Assembly: GCF_006345805.1 (NCBI RefSeq)
Contig: NC_043009.1
Coordinates: 54,064,001 to 54,128,000, forward strand
Direction: 5' to 3'
DNA from: Octopus sinensis
Lineage: Eukaryota
Length of the DNA: 64,000 nucleotides
Shown: one piece after another, positions 25,845-39,000 of the stretch
Position numbering within the stretch: the stretch's first letter is position 1
Layout of the letters: each line of letters begins with the position of its first letter
Program-made: the position numbers and the translations under genes
The notes under the pieces: model-generated
Database searches by the model: none
Seen by the model: only the letters and a program-made list of their open reading frames with translations
Told to the model about the DNA's origin: nothing

Positions 25845-26035
25845 ATGTGTACAAACATACATATATATTGATATGTCTATCAACTTCCCTCTCACAGTCA
25901 TTCTTGTCTCTTTTTCCCTCTGTCTCTCTAATATTATTTATCTGTCTATCTATCTATCTATATCTATATATATATATATGTATATACATATATGTGTGTG
26001 TATAGAGAGAAAGATAGATTGATAGATAGATAGAC

Positions 26036-26071
<36 letters not shown>

Positions 26072-26166
26072 TGATTGATTGATTGATTGATTGATATATA
26101 GATTGATGCATACATAAATACATACATACATACATACATACATACATACATACATACATACATACA

Positions 26167-26198
<32 letters not shown>

Positions 26199-26863
26199 AA
26201 CAGTGTTAGAAAAACAGACATCTACATTCTTTTTGGGGGGGGGGAGTGAGGAACATATACAAAAGCAGAGAGAAAAGCTGTCATTGTTTCAATTTTTCTT
26301 AAAACTGACTTGCATCTTAAACAATTCAAAATATACGAGGTGATCATTCGATTAATCAATATAATAAAACACTATATGAAATAGGACGAGGTCGTTTATC
26401 TGTAAGTTATCAGCGATTGATAAGTATATACAAGAAAGCAATTTATCATCAAAGTTACGCTTAGATGTCCAACAATTCCCTAAATGTCATGGCCGTCAGC
26501 TGAAGAAATTTATATATTCTTAATTCCACATATTTGAATATAATTCAATTTCACCTCTCTTCCCGTCTCTCTCTCTGTCTGAAATACGTGCACACTTATG
26601 TCTGTCAGTCTGTCTGCCTGTCTGTCTGTCTGTCTGTCTGATATGTATAGGTATGTGTGTATGTATGTATGTATGTATGTATGTATGCAGTGATCTATGT
26701 ACGTAAATATGTATGTATATATACATATATATATATATATAGATATGCATTATTATATATATATAATATATATATATATATAATATATATATGTATGATA
26801 TATATATATATATATATATATATGTAATATATATATATTATATATATATAATATATACATGCA

Positions 26864-26908
<45 letters not shown>

Positions 26909-27129
26909 GAATGTATGCATGTATGTTTAATATATTTATATATGTATGGAAGAACGATTTATCTGTTCTATGCATAGTCGAATGCTTTACGTATTTACAT
27001 ACGTAAGAAATTAGTTGTGCAAGTATGCATACATGCATGCATGCATACATAGATATATATACATACACACATACAGATATACATACGCACACATACATAC
27101 ATGCATACAAACATACATACATACATACA

Positions 27130-27163
<34 letters not shown>

Positions 27164-27775
27164 CATACATACATACATACATACATATGTGTGTTCTTTT
27201 GTGTGCTTGCGTTTCGTGTATGTGTGTTTATATCTGCTTGTATATCGTTACATTTATGTGTGCGCGAATGTAATGGAATGTGCGAATGCGAAGATTGAAG
27301 GAATATAATTTTAAAAAATGAGGAGAAAGTGACGTGGCAACACAATGTGAAGCAGAATTTAAGAATACATTACTGATTAATTTTTTAACTGAAAATCCCA
27401 AAGGCCTCCATAGAGGCGCCCTTTTTTTTCTTTTTTGTTATGGACAATAATGTTAACGCTAGTGAGAATATTATGCACATGCGCCCATGGTATGTTATCT
27501 ACCGTGCAGAGCAGCCTTCTAAAATAGCCATTAATTATAGCACGTACGACATTAAGCAGTGTTAGCTGTGATGGGTCATTTCTCAGATAATTCTTATTTA
27601 AACTGTTTCTCATTCCCTCTCTTTCGCTTTCTCTCTCTCTTTCTCTCTCTTTCTCTCTCTCTCCCTCCCTATGTATTGCTCCCTATATCTCTCACTTTCT
27701 CTCCCTTTCCTCTCTGTATACATATATGTGTGTGCGTATGTGCTTGCGTCTGTATATATACATTGATATAAATAA

Positions 27776-27806
<31 letters not shown>

Positions 27807-27811
27807 AATTG

Positions 27812-27864
<53 letters not shown>

Positions 27865-27870
27865 ATATAA

Positions 27871-28384
27871 CACACACACACATGTAAGCATAGGTTGAAT
27901 ATATAAGCATATACACACACACAAAAATATAAATATATACACACGAATATATACATATGTATATTCACACATACACATACACTCACACACATATATACAT
28001 ATATGTGTGTGCCTGTTTGTGTAATAAAATCGGAGATGTACTTGTATAGCAAGTGGTCTGATCTGAGATCGTATGCTGGAACGAAAACAATTGTAGCGTT
28101 GAAGGTGTTTATCAGCCATTTAAAAAACACACCAAACCCGTTAGATTCACTCCAACATTTAAATTAAATTTGTTCACTGACAAATTAAACTCAATACTTT
28201 AGTTGCGATTATATTCTTTACATGATTAGTATTGGCCAACGTTTTACCCAAATAAACCATCATCGAGCAGACCGATGACGAACTGACATCGTATTCAGTG
28301 CGCCTACATCTACTTAGAGTTCTTCCGTGATCCGAGGGTGAAAATGAGAGAGAGATAAACAGAGAAAGATAAACAGAGAGAGAT

Positions 28385-28425
<41 letters not shown>

Positions 28426-28562
28426 TAAACAGCGAGAGAGAGGGAAAGAGAGAGAGAAATTAAGGTATTCTCAAACTGGAAATTTGCTTCAACAAAACAT
28501 TTTAACCGCATTCTTGTAATTATTGTTTTCTTTCCTACATTCTCTGTCTGTCTTCGTCTTTC

Positions 28563-28608
<46 letters not shown>

Positions 28609-28896
28609 CTTCTCTTTACATTCATACATACATACATACATACACACATACATACATACAAACAGAAACTGCAACCCGTAGGGACAAGCCGCGTATTTGG
28701 CGTGAGAGACTATTTATCGAAAATACGATGAATAATATATCCCGNNNNNNNNNNNNNNNNNNNNNNNNNNNNNNNNNNNNNNNNNNNNNNNNNNNNNNNN
28801 NNNNNNNNNNNNNNNNNNNNNNNNNNNNNNNNNNNNNNNNNNNNACCGGTTAAGTAAATAAACATCGTTTAAATTGCATTTTCAAACCTTTTTTCT

Positions 28897-28929
<33 letters not shown>

Positions 28930-29463
28930 ATATATATTATTATATATATATATACACACACACATGTAAGCATAGGTTGAATATATAGCATATACACACA
29001 CACAAAAATATAAATATATACACATGAATATATACATATGTATATTCACACATACACACACTCACACACATATATACATATATGTGTGTGCCTGTTTGTG
29101 TAATAAAATCGGAGATGTACTTGTATAGCAAGTGGTCTGATCTGAGATCGTATGCTGGAACGAAAACAATTGTAGCGTTGAAGGTGTTTATCAGCCATTT
29201 AAAAAACACACCAAACCCGTTAGATTCACTCCAACATTTAAATTAAATTTGTTCACTGACAAAATTACTCAATACTTTTAGTTGAGATTATATTCTTTAC
29301 ATGATTAGTATTGGCCAACGTTTTACCCAAATAAACCATCATCGAGCAGACCGATGACGAACTGACATCGTATTCAGTGCGCCTACATCTACTTAGAGTT
29401 CTTCCGTGATCCGAGGGTGAAAATGAGAGAGAGATAAACAGAGAAAGATAAACAGAGAGAGAT

Positions 29464-29506
<43 letters not shown>

Positions 29507-29803
29507 TAAACAGCGAGAGGAGGGGAAAGAGAGAGAGAAATTAAGGTATTCCCAAACTGGAAATTTGCTTCAACAAAACATCTTAACCGCATTCTTGTAA
29601 TTATTGTTTTCTTTCCTACATTCTCTGTCTGTCTTCGTCTTTCTTCCTCTCTCTCTCTCTCTCTCGCCTTCTCTTTACATTCATACATACATACATACAT
29701 ACACACATACATACATACAAACAGAAACTGCAACCCGTAGGGACAAGCCGCGTATTTGGCGTGAGAGACTATTTATCGAAAATACGATGAATAATATATC
29801 CCG
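27871..29803. repeat. ~0.85-kb duplicated segment (27871-28744 and 28955-29803) flanking the assembly gap
   Basis: Near-identical copies with a few substitutions and microsatellite length differences. Confidence 0.9.
28745..28844. other. Assembly gap (100 N)
   Basis: Exactly 100 Ns, a usual placeholder for unknown gap size. Confidence 0.99.
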
Positions 29804-29992
29804 GGAAAATACAGGGAAAATACTCCTTGTATTTGAATACTATGCAAATATTCTTTTTAAAAGAGAAACTTTTCTTTTAATTTTTGCCAAACTTAAATTG
29901 GTTTTCATACTTACAGTTGAAAAAGTCTCAGTGACTGAAACCGGTATTCAAATGTTTTTTTTATAAAATTATTTTAGCATTGTCTACCTTGT

Positions 29993-30149
29993 AGGATTGG
30001 CTGTGTGGTAAGTAGCCTGCTTACTAACCACAAGGTTCCGGGTTCAGTCCCACTGCGTGGCACCTTGGGCACGTGTCTTCTACTATAGCATTGGGCTGAC
30101 CAAAGCCTTGTGAGTGGATTTGGTAGACGGAAACTGAAAGAAGTCCGCC

Positions 30150-30182
<33 letters not shown>

Positions 30183-30417
30183 CACGCGCGTGTGTGTGTG
30201 TAGTTTTGTGTCTGTGTCGTGTCTGTCCCCTAAAAATCGCTTGACAACCGATGCTGGTGTGTTTACATTCCCGTAACTTAGCTGTTCGGCAAAAAACACC
30301 AATAGAATAAGTGCTAGGCTTACAAACAATAATTCCTAGGGTCGATTTGCTCGACTATATGTGGTGCTCCAACATGGCCACAGTCACATGACTGAAACAA
30401 GTAAAAGAGTAAAAAGT
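29993..30417 (+). mobile_element. SINE family B
   Basis: ggctgtgtggtaagtagcctgct..gaaacaagtaaaagagtaaaaag. Confidence 0.9.
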
Positions 30418-30428
30418 ATATATATATA

Positions 30429-30470
<42 letters not shown>

Positions 30471-32553
30471 CACACACAAATATATATACGACTGTGTGTG
30501 TGTATACACACGTATATACATATATACGTCTGTGTATATGTATATATATATATAGAAAATAGTAAAAAGTGAAAAAACTACAGAAGGCTTGTTTTAAAAG
30601 GTTAAAGAATATATATTTAAGTCAATATGTCTGAAGAATATTATAAATTTTTTTTCTTACAATGACATAGTTTAGAAGTTTTTACTGTATCGCTTGAGAA
30701 CTGGTGTTGGCTTGTTCACGTCACCGTAAAACTAGCTGTTCAATAAAAGAGACCGATAGATAAAGGAACAGACATAAGTAAGTACAGGAGCCGATTTGTG
30801 CCACTAGAAACCTTCAAGACATTTACCCAATTATTAAAACAAGTAAAATATAAATGATAGGAGTGTATCAACTATAAATCAGGTCTGTGGAGTTTCATTC
30901 CTGCCTAGGCTATTGATTACTGAAGTAGAACTATTGAGCCAGTGATATATTTAATATTAAATACTGGACTGATTACATTCTACAAACATCGAACCCACCA
31001 GATTTCGTTGCATTACTAATTCATTGCCAAAGAGTATTTTTTCTCTTTTTTTCATCGACTTACTCGCGTAAAAATGTGTTTCTTTCACAATCTTTGTTGT
31101 CAGCACTGTGTCAATTCTGTCGCTAGTTCTTTTCATTTATATGTGTTTTACATAGAAAAATCAATTTCGTGGTAAGGTAAACAAGTTAATTTATTCATGT
31201 CTCTGAGATAATGATCTTGAAGTCGTTCCCCTCAAACTATTGTGATGCTATGAAACCATACGCTGAAAAAAATAAAGCAATTATTGAAATCAATTAATAC
31301 TAAATTACAGAAACTAAATCATTTCTGGAATAATATTTCACATTTTATGATAATATAATAGTGCCAGGCTGGAAACTCTGACTTTGATTATATAATAGCT
31401 CTTATTTCCTTCATTTTGTTAATTATTGTTCTCGATATAATGGTTGCCGAACTAATGTAGGATCCTCTACGCAGCTGTTCCAACTGCTAAAACTACCAAT
31501 CAAACACCACTCTCCAAACATGAATAGAAAGATCACGTTGAACAGTTTTGCGTTACATATTTATTACTGCGGAATGACAAAAGTGTGGATGATACTTCTT
31601 TATTGGTATGTTCGACCAGGGCTGAACTAAAGCTAAACTACTACCGCTAACACACGATGCCCACCACCACCCACTACTACTGCTACTACTTGTAGTAGTA
31701 GCAGTAGTAGTAGTAGTAGTAGTAGTAGTATAGTAGTAGTAGTAGTAGTAGTAGTGTAATTTTCCCTATCCTTGCACTTGGAAGAATGAATATGCTGCGT
31801 TCTGTCTGATATCGCCCGTGTAGTGCCCTGTAATGTAATCGGATGGTGAGGGTTTCTCCATCAACCACAACCCTAGAAAGGCAGAACCACCCAGTAGGCA
31901 ACTGTCAGGAATCTGGAGGTTGCAGGTTGGGGATACATTGGAGGCTGTATAGTAGCAGGAGTAACTGACCTTTACATTTTGAATTGAAACTATTATAATA
32001 CTTATGAGTTCAAGGGAAGTGCTAGGTACCATTGTTTTTCCTTTGCCTACTCACTCCTATGTGTGTGTGTGTGTGCGCGCGCGCGTGTGTGTGTGTGTAT
32101 GTGTGTGTGTGTGCGTGTGTGTGTGTCTGTGTTGTGTGTGTGCAGTGTGTTGCTCTTCTGTATGTGTATTCATGTTTAAATGTATGTTTGAACGCATGAA
32201 AATGTACGAATATGAGTGTATATATGAGTTTGTGCATGTATTTATATACTCACGTATTTAGACGTGCGCGTAAATCTTCACCGGCACTCATTTATGCATG
32301 CATATGTATATACATATATTTAAAGTGTCCTTACTTGCTTATTCATTTATTGAACGTTGTAACGAGAAACCCATTTGAAAAATATGCATTGTCTACGTGA
32401 CAATCTAATTGTTTCACTATTTGTTCTAGAACAATCCATGAAATACCATTATTACCGGTATATCGTTATATGAATGTAAATGTCTTTGATTTGAAACCAG
32501 GTTGATAAACGGAAATTCACCAAACTCTCAGCCCCTGTTGACATCTTAATAAT

Positions 32554-32634
32554 TTTTGAAGCCGACCTCATGGAGGAATGGTGTTCGGCTAAAATGGAGG
32601 CAAATACCATTTCTCCATGTGATCGGCTTGAAAA
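32554..32634 (+). ncRNA. Candidate pre-miRNA-like hairpin
   Basis: 32-bp stem (32554-32585 with 32603-32634), 3 mismatches, 2 G:U pairs, 17-nt loop; not part of any repeat recognised here. No expression evidence. Confidence 0.35.
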
Positions 32635-32710
32635 CTTGTTAATGATATAAAGGTATTTTCTTAACATGAAACTAATGGTAGCTTTTATACCCACAAAAAC
32701 GTATATCAAT

Positions 32711-32753
<43 letters not shown>

Positions 32754-34556
32754 CATGTGTCTGGTTCTTTGTGTGTGAGAGAGAGACATATAAGGATCTC
32801 ACGACTAAATACCAGTGGAATTTTATAAATTTGTTACTTAAGTAGAAGACCTCATACGTGTAAGTAAGTGAAAGTTATGAAATCAATTCGAAACTGAATT
32901 AATGCTTATTTTATCACTCCCTGCACGAATGAATTTTCAGTTGGTCTTGACGGAATTCGAAATCCGTTCGTAAAGAGATGTAATCCAATGAGACAATCGT
33001 AGATGATCGTTGGAACAGAACCTCGGAAAATATATAACGAATCTTCTAAAAGAGAAGAGGTATGTATTTTTGGAGGTTTACTTACCAGAAATTTGATTTG
33101 ATCTGAGAACGCGTGGTAAAACTAAATCGATGGCAGTCTGGAAGACACGTGTTAGCTATTCAAAACACCAAGAATGTTAACTTCACTTCAACATTTATTA
33201 CATATATACAGTTACTCGTGGAAATAGAGAAATTCTACTTATGGAAAGCGATCGGTCGAAGTTCCATTTATCAGGACTATAAAACTATTAAATTCCTTTT
33301 AATAAAATCCACAATGTCTGTTTATACGTTTTGTAGATATTTTCCCTTTTTTACAGTATGATAATATTTCCTTCAATATAGCTGTATCTCTGAGCATGCA
33401 TAACAAATCGCTAACTACACGTGTATGTATATGATACAGAGAGGGAGGGTATTTGTGTGGATGCGCGGGTGCTACAGGGCAATATTTGCAGATCTTTATA
33501 GATGCAATACAATGGATGCATTAGGAATGCCAAGAATACGGATGTGAGGTCACATAAATGCGAGAACTGCCTACTGGTTACTTCGTTGATGCAACGAAAA
33601 ATCGAAATATGTGTTCTTAAAATATTTTATGATGTTTTCCCCAAGATACTTTCCTTTTCTTGAACTATAGAATATTTGTAAGAATATTTATACAAAATAT
33701 TATATTATTGCAAAACAAACAAATATATGTTAGCTGAGAAATATAAAAAAAAAAAAATCATCCTTGTGTGTGTTTTGATTATTTCGTAAATTACATTTCT
33801 TTGGGAAATTTTCTCTGTATTGGATTAGGAAATTGCCCTCAGATATTTTTCTCCACAGCCTATTTATAGACAATTTAGGCTTTTCCTGATCATAGTTGAT
33901 GTTATTTACATCATTTTCATATGCCAATGGAATCCTTAGAGAATAGAGCGTGTAGCACGCTGCTTTACCATTTAAATTTAAATTTTCTAAATATCAGCAG
34001 TGCCTTTAATCTTTCCAGAGTCGACAAAAAGGGCAAAAGGCAAGCTTTGTGATAGATGATAGCGACTTAAACCTCCCTTCTTAACTACTTGCTACGTACC
34101 TTGTTCACAATCCATTATCATCGTATAACCAGATTTTGTGCCAGGACAAGACGCTTTTGTGCCAACATAAGAATGATATTAATGATATTAAGTTAGATTT
34201 CTATCATTAACCTAACTTAATTTGAAACATGGAGCATAGAATCACACTGATCTTTCCCAGTGAAACTCGTATCTAACGCAACGACAGAAATTGGCCCGTG
34301 TTCAAAAAATTATTACATATAGATACTTGGAACGAGAAACACAAGTCCCAGAGAGAATAAGAGCAAAATGTTGCTTGCTCTACAGAGAATTTTAAAACAT
34401 CTGTCATTGAATGTTTCCTTTCTTTAATCCCGGAATAAGAAATGTGCTATCGTGTAGCTTCTACGCAAAACACAGAGGTAATGGGTGACGAAAAATGCAG
34501 ACAAATATGAATGACACTGAACATATAAGTAACAACTTTGGCAGGAAAAAGTATAC

Positions 34557-34601
<45 letters not shown>

Positions 34602-35099
34602 CATAGTCATGGTATATTCTGTTAAGAACGTAGTAGAGTACAGTATAAAGCACGCCTACCCACAGATTTACCGTGTGCTATCCAGTAGTAGTATTATACG
34701 TACCTCCCGGTTTGTGTTTGGGCATTTATTGTGTGTGAATAGATAATTGAAATAATTGGAGTCCAAAAGGAGGAGTACGGTTGAGCATTTATTTTCTTAA
34801 TCACTATAAATTTTCCCCGCAACATTGTTCTCCAGGCGTACAGGTACTTGATTATGTAACTATTTCCCTCCGTTATGAGATCTAGTTATGTTTCCACAGG
34901 TCATATGTAAATATTGTCTCCGTAAGTTCAAAATTCTCGGATTTAAGAACGTCCTCTCTATCTGCTACTTTTAAAGTGGTTGTCGTTTTAAAGGGATTGG
35001 CAATTGATTTCTTTGTATTATTTTGTTCTTCATGGTTAGTTACAAATGCGATTGTCCTTAGCTAACCGTAGCAAGCGATTGTCATTACACAAGTTATTG

Positions 35100-35445
35100 T
35101 CCTACGCTGAATCGTTAGCAAACCGGGCAAAATGCTTAGTGATATGGCATCTGTCGCTACGTTCTGAGTTCATACACCGCTGAGGTCGACTTTGTCATCC
35201 ATCCTTTTGGGATTGGTAAATTAAGTACCAATGAAACACATGGGTGGCTGTAATCGACCCATCAACTCCCCCAAAATTGCTGCCCATCAGGTAAAATTTG
35301 AAGGCATTATTATTATTAGTATTATTGAAGGCAGCGAGCTATCAGATTCGTTTGCACGCCGGGCAAAATGTTTAGCGGTATTTTGTCCATCTTTACATTT
35401 TGCGTTCAAATTCCGACGAGGTCGACTTTGCCTTTGATCCTTGTT
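35100..35445 (+). mobile_element. Two tandem diverged SINE family A copies
   Basis: Cores at ~35110-35290 and ~35325-35445. Confidence 0.75.
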
Positions 35446-35674
35446 GTATACAGAGACTGGCTGTTTGTTTCTCTGGGGGTGGTAAAAGTGATGTACACGC
35501 CTCTGGTGAGAATCCATAAGATTCGAAAATCGATTAAGATTGTTCTTCAGTTTTCCATTCTACGGAGAAATAACTAAATTTATTCTATAGTTTTATATTT
35601 AAGAGATGAGGAATTATGTACATTATTTACATTATTTACATTCGACGATATTTGTCCTCATCTTGTTTGTCGTT

Positions 35675-35720
35675 AACACAACCTTTCGGCTGATATACCC
35701 TCCAGCCTTCTTCATGTGTC
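35675..35720 (-). ncRNA. Degenerate hammerhead motif in PLE 3' terminal repeat
   Basis: Minus: GACAC-aUGAAGA-A-GGCUG gagggtatat CAGCC-GAAA-gG-UU-GUGUU; C3A and 15.2 lesions; lies 3' of a same-strand GIY-YIG ORF. Confidence 0.5.
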
Positions 35721-35934
35721 TTGGGGAAATTTCGAACCTGGGTACTCATTCCTAAGGTATTTTTCGATGTTATTTTTATTGTTGTTGTTGTTGTTGTTGT
35801 CGTCGTCGTCGTCGTTGTTGTTGTTGTTGTTGTTGTTGCTGTTGTTGTCGTGGTTGTTGTTCAGGCTACTGCTTGGAAACGAACTCGGAATATTGTTGTT
35901 AGTACGCCATATGCCCGTGAATTTTAGGTATTAT

Positions 35935-36410
35935 AAATCTAATATTTTTCTATCCTTCCTTAATACCGGTTCTCATATGCTGCTCATATCTGCACTCGGT
36001 CTGCTTAGGAGGTATTTGTGTCCTAGCATATGTGCTGCTTCTTTTAGTTTTCGTATTTTCCAGTGATGTTCTCTTTTTTTTTTATCTTAACTTCATCCCA
36101 CAAGGGTAGGTGGTCTCCATTTTCCCATACAGGATCAGCTATAATCGATTTATCAATATCTCCTCGTGTCACAGCTTTGCGATGTTCGTCTACTCTTATT
36201 TTGAGGAAGCGGCATGTTTCGCCTTTGTATAACATACCACAGCTGCATGTGATGGAGTACACGCAGTTCATGGTCATATTCTCTTCTATTAATGGTTTTA
36301 TCGAAGGAGATATTTGCGAAGTGTTGTATCTCCTTCGAGGCAAGTTATGCATTATGAAAGTACGGAAGCTTTACAAGATGGGAAACTGCAGCATTGGCTC
36401 GGGAACAAGA
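35935..36410 (-). pseudogene. Penelope-like element GIY-YIG endonuclease fragment
   Basis: NCVYSITCSCGMLYKGETCRFLKIRVDEHRKAVTRGDIDKSIIAD.VW..GDHLPLWDEVKI then, after a frameshift, HWKIRKLKEAAHMLGHKYLLSRPS: PLE-type VY-C-C-Y.GET..L..R..EH motif. Confidence 0.9.
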
Positions 36411-36444
36411 GGTGCAGATGGATAGACAGTTAGACGGACAGACA

Positions 36445-36745
<301 letters not shown>

Positions 36746-37325
36746 CGAGAAACACAGACAGACAATCGTGAAATGAGAGACATTCGACAAATATGGAGTT
36801 AGACAATAAGACAGAGCTTTAGTTTGAAATAGAAAACTTAACCAATCGTGAATATCTTGTTCGTAGGAATTACGCCCATGTAGATTTGTGAATGGGCTAT
36901 GAATGCAGCACGGTCTTTTAAAATTGCACATGTATGCAATCATAATACACCTTTGTGCATCAAATGTTACGTATTCTATAGAATTTGGCAATTTAAGAAA
37001 TTGGCAGAGCAAATTGATAGAATCCTTAATGCTGGGTACTCGAATCGTATTTACAATCAAATTAAATATAAATGTTGCTGTTTGCCAGAATCGTTGAAAC
37101 TTTTGCATAGCGCTTAGAACAGGATGATTGCAAGGTTTGGAATTCTTTCTGCAAATATTTCCCTTTATAATCCACAAGTTTTTCTGATATACAGAAGCGA
37201 CATAAATTTGGTCTTTTTCTGCTGCTTTTCTGCTGTTTTTGTTTTTTTTTCTTTTCGTTTTATAACGGACGCTGATACTCTACCGAGATAAAATCCATTT
37301 GGATACTTAAAGGATATGTGTGTGT

Positions 37326-37378
<53 letters not shown>

Positions 37379-37504
37379 ATATATATATATACACATATAA
37401 CAATTAAGGAACGGCCATAATAGGCCATTCACCCATGCCACCCTATATTGATTATATACACATATATATATATACACATATATATATATATATATAATAT
37501 ATAA

Positions 37505-37576
<72 letters not shown>

Positions 37577-38406
37577 ATATGCATATATATACATCATATC
37601 CAAGTGTGTGTGTTTGTGTAAATATACGTTTGCTGCTTCAAATATCTTCGATTCTCCTCGTTTGTAGTTTCATATTTGTCATCCCTACTTTCTTTAAGCT
37701 ACGTTATACACACTTCTGAAAGAAGCCTACAAGACGAGTGTGGGGCAAAATGAAACTGTCTTAAATAACAATAATAATTTCATTCATTTGCCACTTGGAT
37801 AAGGGGGTGTGAAGCAATACAAAACAGACATAACGTGTAGGGGTTTACATATAATGAAATGATAAAATAAATAGTTACGGGGGCAAGTATACACGGTATA
37901 CAGTGAAAAACAAAGGGAAATACACATAGTATACAAAGGTTAACAAGAAAGAAAAGGGAGGAGAGAGTTGATATAGATGTAGTCCCCCTGATACAGGATT
38001 ACTTCTAGGGATAACCGATGAACCCTACTCTCCAAAACCTCCTTGAACATCAAGGGTAATTGTCCTCTCTAATTCTCTTTCTCCAACTCACAGGTCTATA
38101 TCTCCATACACACACACATACACACACACACACACACACAAACAAACAAACAAACACATATACACATAAGAAATAATTAAGATTCAGTTGCATTAGGTCC
38201 CTAAGTTAAGGCACTAAGTCAGTGTGTTGAAAACGTATATGGTTTTAAGCTTCCGAGGAGAGTAGTGTATATCAAATCGATGTAATGGCATTGATCGATT
38301 AAATGGAGCCGCTTGAAACGGTCATAATTCACAAATACCTGGACATCCTTGTTACTTATTTGCTTAGCCACTACACACATTTTTTCTCTCCCTGTCTTCT
38401 GTGTAC

Positions 38407-38442
38407 CTTTCTGTAGAAGAGCGTAGGCTCGAAACGTAAAAG
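38407..38442 (+). ncRNA. Minimal type I hammerhead-like motif with A6U variant core
   Basis: CUUU-CUGUAGA-A-GAGC guag GCUC-GAAA-CG-UA-AAAG: all helices intact, GUA triplet; inside a pyrimidine-rich PLE-like end (38290-38530) followed by (TA)n. Confidence 0.6.
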
Positions 38443-38562
38443 ACTTTTTCTATTTCTGAGCGTTATACTAATACATCTGCTTGTTTTGTACACCACCTGT
38501 CTTCGTCTTTTCTTGTTTTTTTTTCGTAAACTCTCCCTATATATATATATATATATATATAT

Positions 38563-38598
<36 letters not shown>

Positions 38599-38889
38599 TA
38601 AAGAAAGCAGAAGATATGAGATGAATATATTTATTTCACCAGATGATATCCGTATGATGACAATTGTTTCTCACCCAACATCATTGGAAAATAATTTAAC
38701 TAAGTGTGATTATATATACTCGATTATTTCCTTTTAATGCGTTTCTTATGGACTTCCGGTAAGGAATGCAAAATGATATACACTACCGTTAGAAATTAAT
38801 TAGCACCCTTGTTTTGCTCTTCACTCAAGGTATGTGCTGTCACCTAGTGGCCATGTCTCGAACTATTGCTTTGTTGCGAGTTCACTGTT

Positions 38890-39000
38890 GCGCAGAACGA
38901 TGACGTAACTTTGTTTGCAGAGCAGTTTGAGAGTCTACAGCCTTATGATGTTGACATAGCAGTGCAACAAATTGGAGTGCGGATGCAGACAAATCTTCCT
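38890..39000 (+). pseudogene. Possible LINE RT fragment around the YADD motif
   Basis: QNDDVTLFAEQFESLQ..AVQQIGVRM resembles the non-LTR ADD.L.A....LQ......IGL.IN motif. Confidence 0.3.

Noticed and set aside
36780-37270. Overlapping 64-187 aa ORFs, possibly PLE linker or Helitron relic
   Set aside because: Only vague similarity (LAEQIDRILNAGYSNRI); I could not assign a family.
37712-37762. ctgaaagaagcctac..gtggggcaaaatgaaactgtc hammerhead-like
   Set aside because: Insertions in the core and before GAAA; too degenerate to call.
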